A stretch of 63,832 bases of DNA, filler included, from Octopus bimaculoides (GCF_001194135.2; 3 parts of 2 records of this genome joined end to end with filler, not necessarily neighbours in it), one strand, 5' to 3'. Positions 39,220-53,472 are shown, counted from the whole stretch's first letter. Translations and numbers: made by a program. Notes: a model not told the origin generated them from the letters alone.

Positions 39220-39560
39220 CAGGGCGCGCGATGGGTAAATTGTCACTATTTTATATTTTTTAATTTCGCGCCTGCGCATTATTTGTTTCTGGTTTCGTTG
39301 ACTACACAACATCGTAGGATAAGTTGGGCACCGTCTGTGAGAAAAACAGTACCATGTCACTATTACCTCTGCCAGTAATTCGGAAACAATAAGCTGTACT
39401 GCTTGGCATTCGTGCCAGAAACTCCAATACAAATATTTCAGAGTGATATGAGGACTGTGCAGAGAATTCGGAAAGAGTCGGATGATACAGTTCTATATTT
39501 AAGAGATGAGAAATTATGTATATTATTTACATTATTCACATTTGACGGATATTCTTGTTA
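39220..39560 (+). mobile_element. 5' end of a Tc1/mariner (probably maT-type) element
   Basis: TA|CAGGGCGCGCGATGGGTAAATTGTCAC terminus followed by an HTH-like remnant AVLLGIRARNSNTNISE..MRTVQRIRKE. Confidence 0.55.
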
Positions 39561-40179
39561 TATATATATATATATATATATNNNNNNNNNNNNNNNNNNN
39601 NNNNNNNNNNNNNNNNNNNNNNNNNNNNNNNNNNNNNNNNNNNNNNNNNNNNNNNNNNNNNNNNNNNNNNNNNNNNNNNNNNNNNNNNNNNNNNNNNNNN
39701 NNNNNNNNNNNNNNNNNNNNNNNNNNNNNNNNNNNNNNNNNNNNNNNNNNNNNNNNNNNNNNNNNNNNNNNNNNNNNNNNNNNNNNNNNNNNNNNNNNNN
39801 NNNNNNNNNNNNNNNNNNNNNNNNNNNNNNNNNNNNNNNNNNNNNNNNNNNNNNNNNNNNNNNNNNNNNNNNNNNNNNNNNNNNNNNNNNNNNNNNNNNN
39901 NNNNNNNNNNNNNNNNNNNNNNNNNNNNNNNNNNNNNNNNNNNNNNNNNNNNNNNNNNNNNNNNNNNNNNNNNNNNNNNNNNNNNNNNNNNNNNNNNNNN
40001 NNNNNNNNNNNNNNNNNNNNNNNNNNNNNNNNNNNNNNNNNNNNNNNNNNNNNNNNNNNNNNNNNNNNNNNNNNNNNNNNNNNNNNNNNNNNNNNNNNNN
40101 NNNNNNNNNNNNNNNNNNNNNNNNNNNNNNNNNNNNNNNNNNNNNNNNNNNNNNNNNNNNNNNNNNNNNNNNNNNNNNN

Positions 40180-40522
40180 GATCCGATCAACGGAACAGCC
40201 TGCTCGTGAAATTAACGTGCAAGTGGCTGAGCACTCCACAGACACATGTACCCTTAACATAGTTCTCGGGGATATTCAGCGTGACACAGTGTGACAAGGC
40301 TGACTCTTTGAATTACAGGCACAACAGAAACAGGAAGTAAGAGTGAGAGAAAGTTGTGGTGAAAGAGTACAGCAGGGTTCTCCACCATCCCCTGCCGGAG
40401 CCTCGTGGCGCTTTTAGGTGTTTTCGCTCAATAAACACTCAGAACGCCCGGTCTGGGAATCGAAACCGCGATCCTATGGCCGCGAATCCGCTGTCCTAAC
40501 CACTGGGCCATTGCACCTCCAC
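40180..40522 (-). mobile_element. tRNA-headed SINE family E
   Basis: Head GGTGCAATGGCCCAGTGGTTAGGACAGCGG..GGTTTCGATTCCCAG; the body is homologous to 58605-58896(+). Confidence 0.8.
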
Positions 40523-40864
40523 TGGCCAATATATAAATATCGCCAGGAATTCGCTGATGAAAGATAGCAAGACTCTAGAGAGGAAGGAAATGGTAGTCTT
40601 AGGTTACCGTGACCCAACACGAAAAAAAGTATTTCCAAACCTTTGAGGATGGCACTGTTTGAATTTGCTTCATTTTTTTTATGTGTGTACCCAATTGTTT
40701 TTTTTTTTTATTTTGTGTTTAATTTAATGTATTTTGTTTTGCATATTTTGCCCAGCATGTGTAACCCGAAAATATTTCGTAATTCTTTTTCTATAAAATT
40801 CTTTGTATTTCCTATTTTTGAGCCTTTCTGTCTAAAATAAACAGCCCGTCGTTATTTTTATTGT

Positions 40865-41114
40865 AGCTGTTGTTGCTGATGTTGTTATCGTTGTACTTTA
40901 TCATCATCATCATCATCATCATCATCATTATCATTATTATCATTGTTATTATTATTATTATTATTATTATCATCATCATCATTGTCATTCTTTTTCTTCT
41001 TCTTCTTCTTATTATTATTATTATTGTTATTATTATTATTATTGTTGTGGTTGTGGTTGTCTTTGTTACTGCTGATGTGTTTATTATTATTATACTTGTT
41101 ATTATTGATATTAC

Positions 41115-41146
<32 letters not shown>

Positions 41147-41330
41147 GCTATAATCTTTTACCTTCCAGTCCAAAACTCTTTGCATTACCTAAAAGAGAGA
41201 GAGAGAGAAAGAGAGAGAGATGGAGCGAAAGAAAGACAGAGAAAGGGAGAGAGACAGACAGAGAAAGCTAGAGAGAGAGTGTGGGAAAGAGACAGAAAAA
41301 GAGAAGGAGAGAGGGAGAGGGAGAAGGGGC
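40865..41330. repeat. Compound (GTT)/(CAT)/(TTA)/(TTC) triplet array followed by a GA-rich tract
   Basis: Direct reading; explains the poly-I/poly-L ORFs. Confidence 0.95.
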
Positions 41331-41748
41331 GAGATCATTGTTTCTATCTTTATCACATTCAGTTCTGATAATTTTTTTTTTCTTTCACCAAATCACAATG
41401 TGATCAGAAATGTGAAATCGATATGACGTCATCACAATGTCTCTTTTTATAATTATCTCACGTGAGAAGGCGGGGAAAATAAACTGAAAACAATAAAATA
41501 CATTATNNNNNNNNNNTATATATACACACGACGAGCTTCTTTCAGTTTCCATCTATCAAATCCATTCACAAAGCTTTGGTCGGCCCGAGGCTATAGTAGA
41601 AGACATTTGCCCGAGGTGCCACGCAGTGAAACTGAACCCGGAACCACGTGTTTGGGAAACCTCCGGCTGACTAAAGTTTGGTGAGTGGATTGAATTGAGA
41701 AAAACTGAAATAATCCTGTCTTATACATACATACATACATACATAAAG

Positions 41749-41782
<34 letters not shown>

Positions 41783-41943
41783 GAGAATATACAAATAATA
41801 ACAACAGACGAGGACAGGNNNNNNNNNNNNNNNNNNNNNNNNNNNNNNNNNNNNNNNNNNNNTTAATTAATTAANNNNNNNNNNNNNNNNNNNNNNNNNN
41901 NNNNNNNNNNNNNNNNNNCATATATATGTATTTGCGTATACAT

Positions 41944-41983
<40 letters not shown>

Positions 41984-42142
41984 ACATACATACATACATA
42001 CATACATACATACATACATACCCACCCGAATCTGATCTCCGTGACGTCTGAGTTCAGACCACAGTCCGGAAACTAATAACGCAAACAATTATTGACTATG
42101 CTTTGAAAGAACTCTGTATATTCGCCAGATACAGACACACAC

Positions 42143-42216
<74 letters not shown>

Positions 42217-42217
42217 T

Positions 42218-42263
<46 letters not shown>

Positions 42264-43110
42264 CGTAGAGGTGAGCAGTGGGACTGGACGATAGATATGT
42301 ATATATTTGCAAATGTGTTACTATCTCCGTGAGTAGTTGCAGGAATTTATCTGTATTTCTGTGTATGTATATGTGAGTTTCGTAATATACTTTGTTTCAC
42401 GAAATCCACTTTCCAGCGTGCTGAAAATTTACTGAAAGCTTTTATTAATTAATTTCTAACATTATAAACATTACAGGAATAATTTAAACATATGAAATAT
42501 GCAAGACCGACGTTCTTAGTAGACTCTAATTAGATTACACACGGGAAATTAATTGCCAACATTTTAATTAGTCATTTATTTAGAACGTGATAAGTCGAAT
42601 ATAATATATGTTAGCATCCATTTTAATCTCCGACTTGTCGAGGGTCAACTGGGTTTCAAATCCTTAGGGATTAAGGCCTTAGGAACAGTAGATAAGCCCA
42701 TTGAAATTTATTTTACAATAAATGTCACACATTCCATTCTAGTAATACGAAACGTTCATAGCTGATATGCAAATAGCACCTGAACACGAATCGAAAAAAT
42801 GCCAACTGAGATGTAGTAAAAATAACAAGCATATAAAATCAATAACTTGATAATTCTTGTAAAATCGAGATACAGGATACAGTAGAAGATTCGGGGCTAC
42901 AATAAAAGATACTTTCCGAAGGTACTAAGCATCCGAGCTGAATGCAAAATTATGTGATTGCATAACGTGCTTCTTAACCACGCAACGAAGCTTGCGCCTA
43001 CTTTGGTTGCGTTTCTTTGAAGGAAAAGATAACATCTACTTACTCTAAAGTTCTATTTCAAGCCGCAAATCTTCAGACAAACAGATGCTTATATTCTCAT
43101 GCAAACATGC

Positions 43111-43237
<127 letters not shown>

Positions 43238-43787
43238 GATAGATATATACACATATATATATATGGTGTCTTTAAGTAACTTTCTCTTATATTTAAGCAT
43301 TCCTCGCCGCCCCCTTCTTGATTTGAGCGTCATATTCACTTCCCACCGACTTGGGCCATTGGTTCCTTTCCCCTTCTATCACAAATTTCGCTTCCTTCGA
43401 ACCTCTGTTTACTGATTTATTTCGTGCTCCTTACTTTTTATACCCATTTCAATTGAATATATGTGACTCGAATGCATGCACCTGCCTCTAAGACTTTAGC
43501 TCAACCAACTAAAGTACCACCAGGCCCTCCAAGTTAGGTCTACCATCTAAGAAAAGAAAATCCTTTCCGCACACTTTTCTGTCCACAATATTCGATTACA
43601 GTTCCCATGTGCGAATTTTCACTCACATGCCTTTGATAGAGGACATATGCCCAAGAGACTGCGCCGTGGGCTTGAACCAGCTTGTAGGACGTTTGGCTTG
43701 TATCAGCTTGTAGGACGTTTACCATGATTGTCAAGTATTTTATACTACTTTGTATTAAGAGCTAATACTTTTTGTTTATGATAATTG

Positions 43788-43819
<32 letters not shown>

Positions 43820-43850
43820 CATTAGTAGTAGTAGTAGTAGTAGTAGTAGT

Positions 43851-44492
43851 ATCTACGATGGGGCCACGAAGTATACGATGAAAATCCAGAGTCACTCGTG
43901 GTCGGTGAATTTTTAATAAAAATGCGAAGGTGGTTTATCAATTCAAAAATCGATATCCACGAAACGATTATACTTTCTGATTTTTTAAAGCTAAAAACCA
44001 TCCTGTCGAACGTCTTTGTAACCCCTAAAAATATCGTAACCATTGGTCCAGCCGTCTGGCTGTGAAGAGGGAACAGACAAAGAGACGAAGAGACAGATGC
44101 ACATAATGCCCATTATGGTAAGATAGCAAGTCTGCCCATCTACGATGGGAAATAAAGGGATAGGGTGAAAAAACCGAATTTTCTAACGCAGTATTGCTAC
44201 AGTTTCTCTGAACCTGGGCTCTGTTTCATTTAAATTCACGAACTATATGGTGGCGGGTGGATCCAGAGTTTATATTCGTCGCCGGAATTTTAACAAAAAA
44301 ATCAAATGTAATTTATTAATTCAAAACTCAATAACCACTGAATAATTATACTTTTTCACATTTTTTTCGCTAAAAACCTTCTAGGAGTACCGCCTTCGTA
44401 ATTCCGAAAAACATTGTGACCATTAGTTTAGCCGTTTGACCGTGAAAACAGAAAAGACAGACAGACGTATATAATGCCTGTTATCGTAAGAT
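43851..44492 (+). mobile_element. Two non-autonomous Helitron-like (Lep1-type) fragments, 43851-44130 and ~44255-44492
   Basis: Both end in ...CAGCCGT(C/T)TG.CCGTGAA...(GACA)n...ATAATGCC..TTAT.GTAAGAT; the family assignment is from recall. Confidence 0.55.
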
Positions 44493-45715
44493 TATTATTG
44501 TTATTATTATTATTATTATTATTATCGAAACTAGACAGGTGTCAATATGCCCCTTGGTGTTACCCTTGAGTAACGTTCGTCTGTATATCGTGGTACGAAT
44601 CGATGAGTGAGCGTTCTATTTATTTGCTCAGCCTGACGTTTCCGCGACCTTGGTCATCAAATCCAAGCCAATGGTCCAGTAGATTTTACTTCTGCCAGTT
44701 TATATAATGCAACACCGAACTGCTCCAAAGACTTCCAATGCACTTGTGAGGGTATAATAAACCCTGCTCCGCTTTCGGCGAGGTACTGATGTAACAGCTT
44801 TTACCGTGTATCATTTCGCATTCATTTCTCAGGTGAAAAAACCGAATTTTCTAACGCAGTATTGCTACAGTTTCTCTGAACCTGGGCTCTGTTTCATTTA
44901 AATACTTCCTCTTTGAATCATGATGAGCAAAAGTAATTTTTTATGTGAATGTTTTCGCAGGATAAGCCGTGAAGGTATGAGAGAGTACTACCGTTGGTAT
45001 AATCAGTTATAGCGACAGTTTTTTTTTTTTGATACTATTACTGAGTGAGGCATTAAATTTACTTTTGGTGCCTTAAAGGTCATTATTATTTATTTACAAT
45101 ATGTCTGCATTACTGACAATTGTTTGCATTTGTGTATTTCTTTTTTCATAAAAACGTTTTGACTTTTCCTTTGAGGGGGTACCACCTACATGTTTTGCTC
45201 TGTTGCTAACGTACAATAAAGATACAACGCAAATCAAAAATTTTCTAATAAAGTGTCTTTTATCCCCAGAGGTACAAGGAAATGATTAAATGCCAGTGTT
45301 TACAATGGTAGTCAAATTCAATTCGAAAGCATCCACATTTAAATCACATTAACAATCCAGAACTTCTGAACCAAAGTAAAACATGTTTCACTCATACAGA
45401 ATTAAATAATAATAATAATAATAATAATTATTATTATTATTATTATCATTCTTTTAAGTGTCTTCTACTATAACCTCGGGCCGACCAAAGCCTTGTGAAT
45501 GGATTTGGTAGATGGAAACTGAAAGAAGCTCGTCGTCTGTGTTTGTCCCTCCACCGTTGCTTGACAACCGATGTTTGTGTGTTTACGTTCCCGTAACTTA
45601 GCGTTTAGGCAAAAGAGACTGATATAATAATTACTAGGCTTACAAAGAATAAGTGCTGGGGTCGATTGGTAGACGGAAACTGAAAGAAGCCCATCATACA
45701 CTGTAGATATATATT

Positions 45716-45826
<111 letters not shown>

Positions 45827-46804
45827 ATGTGTGTGTATGTATGTATTTGTATGTCTGTGTTTGTCCCCCACCATCGCTTGACGACCGATGTTGGTGTGTT
45901 TACGTTCCCGTAACATGGCGGTTGTGCAAAAACGACCGATATGATAAGCACTAGTTTTTCAAAGAATAAGTGCTGGGGTCGATTGGTAGACGGAAACTGA
46001 AAGAAGCCCGTCATATATATATGTATGTATTTGTGTGTTTAAAGGATTGAAAGTTTAAAGGATTGAAAGTCTCCCACAGTTGAAACTTGGAAAATTACAA
46101 GCGTGTTCTCGCTCTATCCTGTAATGAATCTTTCCACTAATTTATATTAATCTTCTTGGTTATTGACTATAGGGTTATTCTTACTAATGACTACTTTATT
46201 CATCACAAATTTTGTTCTTCATAAGCGTTTATTCTACTAGGTTTTTATTAGATTCATTATTTATGTGTTTAAATTAAATATTAACATTTTAATTATATGA
46301 CATATAAAGCTTCAGTCTCCTTACATCTTATATTTCTCAGCATATAATTAGTTGCATTTCCTTGCAACATGTCCATATTCTTAATTACTACTTCCAATTA
46401 TAACTGTTCTTCATGTATTTAGAACTATATCATCACCTCTATTATTAATTTTGCTTCAATGATAATAGCAACGACATCGTTAGTTCACCAAAGAAAATGC
46501 TGAGCGGCATTTCGCTCGGCTTCACCTTCAGAGATCAAATTCCGTCACGGCCGACTTTGCCATTCGTCCTCTCGGATCGATAAAATAAGAATCAGTTGAT
46601 CACTAGGGTTGATGTAATCAACTTACCCCTCACACGAAATTGCTGGCCTGGTGCCAAAAGTTGGAATCATTCTTCTTCTTCTTCTTCTTATCATTATTAT
46701 TATTATTATTCTCCTTCCTTTTCTTCTCCTTCCTCTTCCACTTCTTCTCCTTCCGCTTCCTCTTCTTTTTCTCCTCCTTCCTCTTCTTCTTCTCCTTCCT
46801 CTAC

Positions 46805-46837
<33 letters not shown>

Positions 46838-46838
<1 letters not shown>

Positions 46839-47155
46839 CAGTAGTCTTATTTTTATCACATGCTTTCACTGCACTACCTAGCGCAGCTCTGTGTGCCTTG
46901 GGTATGTGCTGTGGTTTGTTGAGGTGGCTCTTATTTTCACTGTATTGAAAGTGTTTCATGTAGGATCTGTGCAATACCTAGTAGTGCTATTTTCTGTATG
47001 TTATATATACTTGTTAGCCCTGGTGTTTTTGTTATGTATTTGTCTGACTGTTTTTCTATCATACCTAATGCGCCTACAATGATAGAAATTGTTTCCGGTT
47101 TTACGCATTACATTCGAGTTAACTCTATTTCCAGATCATGGTATTTTGAAAGTTT
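46838..47155 (-). mobile_element. Short 3' fragment of the same R4/Dong family as 5220-5519, inside a (TTA)n tract
   Basis: Near-collinear with 5220-5519 (GCGCAGCTCTGTG.GCCTTGGGTATGTGCTGTGG...); (TTA)n on both sides. Confidence 0.9.
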
Positions 47156-47157
47156 AA

Positions 47158-47190
<33 letters not shown>

Positions 47191-47339
47191 GAAGGCGGCA
47201 AGTTAAAAGAAACGTTGGCATGCCTGAAAAAGCGCGTAGCGGCATTTCTTCTGGCTTCACCTTCTAATAATCATGGAGTCAAATTAATTTGACAAAAATC
47301 AGAGGAGTGAAATTAAAGATTTGAATCGATGTTTCAACT

Positions 47340-49500
47340 CTGATTTCACTATGTTAAAACAAAGCAACAACAACAACAACCCGCCAGTGCCGACCGAATC
47401 AGCAACAGCAAGGAAAATGAAAGAAACACCAAATTGAGAGTAAAGAACAAAAATTTAAGATGCAAAATGAAATTTCCGATTCAACACACCTGTAAATTAC
47501 CTCTACCCACTGCCACCATTTTCCCAACACAGCACAAAATCAAAACACTGTGACTAACAAACTTAGTGTTGGCGGATTCACTGACATTGTGCTCCAGGTA
47601 GAAGAAATTTCTTTAGCGTCTCAATATTCAAAAAGGGCATAAACAGTCCTTACATAGTATGGCCAAAACATCGCTTTAAACATGCTAGAATTCATCCGAC
47701 AAGGAACCAATCTCAAAGTTGTAATTTACAAATTCAAAGGAAAAGCTGAAAATAAAGTAACCGACACAGCAGCAAACAGAAAGTGCCTCAGACTTGTCTG
47801 GTGCACCAAAATGTACAGTGCTGAGGAATACAGCATTGTAGGCGTTAAATTCCCGAGGGCGAAGTTTGTAGGTTCAACGGTCATAGAAACAAGATTGATC
47901 AGGCCAAGGGATGGATCTACTGATCAAAACGGATCACGGAAGTGTGAAATACGTATCGAGTCACTCTGCTGGACTGCACACGGCTGTATGTGGTCGTTGA
48001 AGGAAGTATCATTAGGTATCATTTGTGTGATAACACAAACCATCTGAAAGTCCACAACGAAAGAGGAGAGAAATAGGACTCTCAGATCTGATGACACCGT
48101 CACCACAGCAGCAACAGTGCCCACAGGGCAAACAGCGGTAGAACCAACGATAGCGTGCGGCCACGATAGCAACAAAGACAGCTACTTCAACATAAAAACC
48201 CTTCACTGAGAAAGTAGCATTACAAGCACCAACAGTAGTAACAACAACAACAAAGACAACATTAAAAGAGGAAGCAATAGCAATAAAAACAACAAAAGAG
48301 GTACTGCCCTTAAGATCCATTTCACTGATGACTGCAACACCAATTCAAAGCCTCCAAACAACGAACAAAAGTAAATGACACCAGTTCAAGGGATACCATC
48401 CTCCATTTGGGACCACTCAAATATGTTTGTAGTGAAGGTAATTGGGAAGAAAGCGAATTGAAAAGAGTACAAAGAAATAAAAAGAAAAATGGATAAATCA
48501 CACCAACAAAAAAGCTGGAAGTTCAAACAGCAACAACGACACAACAAACCCATTTCTAACATCAACCATAATATCAACACCATTATAACTATCACTGCCA
48601 CCTCACTGCAGGCACAACCACCATCACAGACACCAGCAAAACTGAATTTATACCCAAGCCAAGAACAAAGAAACATTATAAACTGCACGGCCATAAATAC
48701 AAATAACAACATATACCATCAACACACAGACATTACTAACAACGACTTCAACACCCTAACAAATATCACCCCATCAAATATAAAAAGCCATTTAAACAAC
48801 GAAAACATATACAAAACTATAAAAAACTAAATTCCTGACAGAGTAGAAGACTTCAGAGAGAGTATCTATAAAAGGCAGCAGGGAACTGCTCGTGGTAACA
48901 CCCATAATATACCAGATGGCCGGGACACTGTCCCGCCCTAACAGATTAATTGAATTAAGTCTTTTTCACTTTCCTCCTCCTGTTGAATATGGCGTTACTC
49001 AGAATGGGCAGTGTAAATGCACGTGGAACTGGATCACCTTAGAAGTTGGGCTAACTGCTCAAAGCTTCGCAAGATGGAAATATTGCGGTCATCATCGAGA
49101 AAACAATCTCCGATTCCTCGCATCCATTTTCGGTGGAAACCAAAAATACCTCCAAGTCAACCGAGACTGAGAGGCGGAATTGTTTTCTTAATTCGAAGTG
49201 GTTTGGATCTCGCGATATAGATTTTCGTCTTGAACTCGCAAGGTAAGGTAATGCCACTGGACATGACCAACGGTGAAGGCAATACCTTCGGAGTAGTAGT
49301 TTTTTACGGGTCCAGGCGATCAAATTTCCTTAGGCGTCTAAAGTGTTTCTTAAGAACATCCAACTCCTTAGTGCTTGTATGAGACTGGAAAAGTATTTTG
49401 CACGCATGCTTCGACTGTGTTGAATATCTGATATCGACGTAGATAGGCTATTGTACGACAGTAGTTTAATCATCTGGAATAGTACACTAATAGATCAGGT
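47340..49500 (+). mobile_element. Tx1/L1-type LINE remnant: ORF1-like region plus apurinic endonuclease N-terminus, no RT
   Basis: SVNARGTGSP*KLG*LLKASQDGNIAVIIEKT (~49010-49110) matches the S.N.RG...K...L......I..ET APE motif; possible decayed knuckle YHLCDNTNHLK (~48015); C/A-rich sense-strand bias. Confidence 0.55.
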
Positions 49501-51014
49501 GTACCAAAGGAAATGAATCCACTCCCTTTTTGCATGTTTATTGTCGTTTTAAATGCATACTTACACATGTTCGTACATACATATATGCACATGAGTAAAG
49601 ATCGATATTGTCACCACTCGCTTTAACTGCAACCATAGAAACTATTCTGCTAATTGATGTAGGTGGAATGGGTAGGTTTTTGTGGAGGAAGTAGAAACTA
49701 TATTTTATGACTACTGAATTGGCAGAGATCGCCAAAAGATAGTAAAGCATTAGAAATAATAGAATCAAAACGACAGATTTCCACAGGCAAAAAAACATAT
49801 ATATATATATGTATATATAAAATTTCCTCTGATAAATTCTAGTTATCACTTTATCAGTTGTTATATAGATACTTTAACAATGAGCTGAAATACATTTTGA
49901 TTCTTAAGTGCTGTTCAGACAATGTTTGCAACCGCAATATGCAATGATTAACTGCCTAACTATATATATATGTATGTATGTAAGCATGTTTACGTGCATT
50001 GTGTTTTTAAATCATTCACTTAGACTATGATAAATCCCTAATAAATACACATCCACACAATGTTTCTCCAGTTATAAAATGGACAGGACCTTTAAATCGA
50101 TTGTGACGTATAACCACAAGTCGTGACTGAGTGTATAAGAAATTCGTTTCATAAACGATAAGGCCCGGATTTAGATCACACATTGAGAATCTTGAGCAAG
50201 TTTATTTATCACAGCTTCTGGCTGCTCCAAATCCTGAGTGCATCTGAGTTGACAGAAACTGTATAGAAGCCAATCGAATAGGAGTGGATTGCGCATAATT
50301 AACTAATGTAACTTTTTCCATGTCTGCGTCACCGTGATCATGCCAGAAATTTACGTTGACACTGGAAAGCTCAGTCATTTCGCGTACTAACTCAACCAGC
50401 AAACTACCCAGTTGATTGATACACGAACGCTCATACATCAAAATCGACGTGAAACTCCATCACCATTGTCTGCTCAAGCCAATTCTTGTGCCTTAGATAA
50501 AATGCATCCCCGAATTACTAACTGCCAATTGTCTACGAATTGTTATTTGATGTCGATCAATCGTTTTAAGATATTTCATATGCTGTTAATGATATAAATA
50601 TTTCTAGAAATACGTTTAAGCAATGCAGATAAGAAGGTAGGCAAAATATGCAAGGTAATGTCAATGAATAAAGACAAAGGCAAGATATGGTATTACTCTA
50701 TGCAAGCTGATTGTTTTTATTATATTTCGGAAAAGCTTCTCTTTATTAAATATACGATAGTACACAATCCATGAGTCCATAGACAAATCCTTAGCATTAA
50801 TTGGCTAATCCGGTGCGTTGTCACGTATATTCAGTTTTAAAAAGTGGACATGAGCGCAGGTGTGGCTGCGTGATAAAGAAGCTTACTTCGAAATGCAACC
50901 ATGTGGTTTCGAGTTCTGTATCACTGCGCAGCAACTTGAATGTCTTTTACTGAAGCCTTGAGCCAACCATAACCGGTGAGTGAATTTGGTAGGTGGGCAC
51001 GGCGTGAGTGCCCG

Positions 51015-51087
<73 letters not shown>

Positions 51088-53056
51088 TATGTATGTATGT
51101 ATGTACGAATGTATGTATGACTGTGTCCACTCTTCTGTTTGAACTATCGGTGTTTATATCCCTGTAACTTAGCACTTCGGTACAAAACCGACAGAGTAAG
51201 TATCAAACTTAAAAATATGTACTATGGTCGATTTGTTTAACTAAAACTTTCAAGGGAATACCCCAGCATAGTCGCTGTCAAAATACTGAGACAAGCACAC
51301 GATAAGAGTGATTCATATCACATTAACATCCTCATTTTGTAATTTATTCCAAATCCGTCATCACGAACATAAACAATTAGTTTAACACTTCATAAAACGC
51401 ATTATTTATGGTACTGGCTAGTAATATGCGTAGACTTGCTGGCATATAATTAGCAAGTTAGTCGTGATGTCGCGAAAGAGTCAATGTATTCTGCAAGTTA
51501 AATGTCTTTTTTTATGTGCCGCCGGTAATGTTTTGGACGTGAGATGGTGACGGTGGATGTGAAACGCTTAAGTGGAATGTAGCATTTTAATTCATCTAAA
51601 CGAGAATGAGGATAAGGTAAATTGGTCGTGTAGCAACGGTAAGCGTCAGATATTTTATTTTCAAATTTGACTCGATTCAAGCAAAAAGTAAATGAAATGA
51701 AATAAAATAAAACAGAAAGAAGCTGATAGAGAGAAATTTAAATGAAAATCGTCTGCCAAGTGACAAGTATAATAATAGTAACTGAAAATCAGTCTTAAAA
51801 ATTTATACAAAGTTATAGAAATAGTAATGAAAGGAGCTTAAAGACATCAAGAGTTGACTTTTAGAAGTTTCAAGATTGGTAAGAAGTTATATATTTTCCC
51901 TATTAACTTATACTTTTACTTGTTTAAATTACTGAATTGTGGTCATGCTGAGGCACCATTTTCAAGACCTTAGCCAATCACTAATACCGAATTAATTATT
52001 TCATCGATTTATATTTATTAAATGACTAGTCTCCACCATATTGACAGAAGTTTTAGACATGAATAAATGGATACAGAAACACACACACATAAAGTATCAA
52101 AATTACCGACAAGAATAATAACACGTAAATAAAAGTGAAAGCAAAGTGCAACTATTTATTTGGCTGTTACTGAGCGATTAAGAAAGCTAACGTGCTTTTA
52201 ACGTTTCGAGAGTTCGCTGCTTCTTTTAAAACATTAATTAGAAGGAAAGTGTTTAGTTGAAGGAAAGAAATTGAGAAACGGGAAAATATGCATTTGGTCT
52301 CTGCCGAGTCATGTTCAAAATGGTGGAGGTCGAATGGCCAGTTGTGAAATAGAAAAAATGAGATCTCATATATAGGAGCAGCAAGGAAGGAAACTGTGTC
52401 TGAATCGTACTTGCGGATGTGGCCGACTCTCGTTTGCTACTAAAACAGTTTGTGATTCTTAACAGTGCATCTATAAAGGATATTATCCTCGGACAAGTAT
52501 CGCAGTTAATTTGCCTTTCGCAATGTAGCTGTATTTAGTATGATGTACAGATGATTATCTTAATCTAACATTGCTTCAATGTTGCATACAATCAATTTTC
52601 ATTCAGCCGAGGGGCTAATTGCCACATCAGTGATTTTTCAATCACCCTTTTGCTTTATCAGTAGCGATAGATTTTCCCTTGTCATGTAACTGGCAAAGAC
52701 TCGTGATACTAATAAAGCCAAACAAGGCAGAAATGTACATCTTGCATTCTCACAGCCGCTGCTAGACATCTTCGTCTGATACCACAGTGCGTCTATAAGG
52801 GATATTATCTCCAGATGAATACCATGGTAAATTTTTCTTTCGTGATGTATCTGCAATAAACATGATGGCTATATAAATATTTGCACCTAGAAAGTTCTCC
52901 TTCGAGGCACAAGTCCAGGCAAAGTTGTTAGTAGAAGACCAACAGTCGCCCATGCATACTAGTCTCTCTTCTCCATGCCACCGATGTTGTCCATGGAAGA
53001 GGCAAAGGCCGATGCAGCTCTAAAGCTGAATGAACTGGAGCAGCATGAAAATATAG

Positions 53057-53472
53057 AAAATTATTACTTTTAAATCTCACGTTGTGAGATATTCAGCAAC
53101 AGTACTTTGTAATAAAGATTGTTTGCCAACATAAGATGGCAGCCCTAGTTTAGGACTAATGTTGCTGTAATTTAGCCCCAGGAGACATCGTCTCCAGCAG
53201 GCTATACGGCACAATCTGTGTCCTTATATTTACAAACAAGGGAATCTAGCACTCCCACTCAGCTCAAAACAATATCTGTGTATCGCAATTTCTGGGTTTT
53301 TTCTTTTCATCAGCACAAAATAATTGCTTGGCTAGAGGTGGCGCTGCCAAATTCCCGTTCGAAATATATAGATTTCAAAGTGTCGTATAGCCAGCTGGAG
53401 ACGATGTCTCCTGGGGCTAAATTATAGCTACATTAGTCCTAAACTATGTTATGTTGGCAAACAATCTTCACT
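53057..53472. mobile_element. Foldback/MITE insertion with ~90-bp inverted repeats and a 12-bp direct repeat, splitting a family C SINE
   Basis: ATGAAAATATAG at 53045-53056 and 53473-53484; inverted arms at ~53115-53210 and ~53380-53468. Confidence 0.85.
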
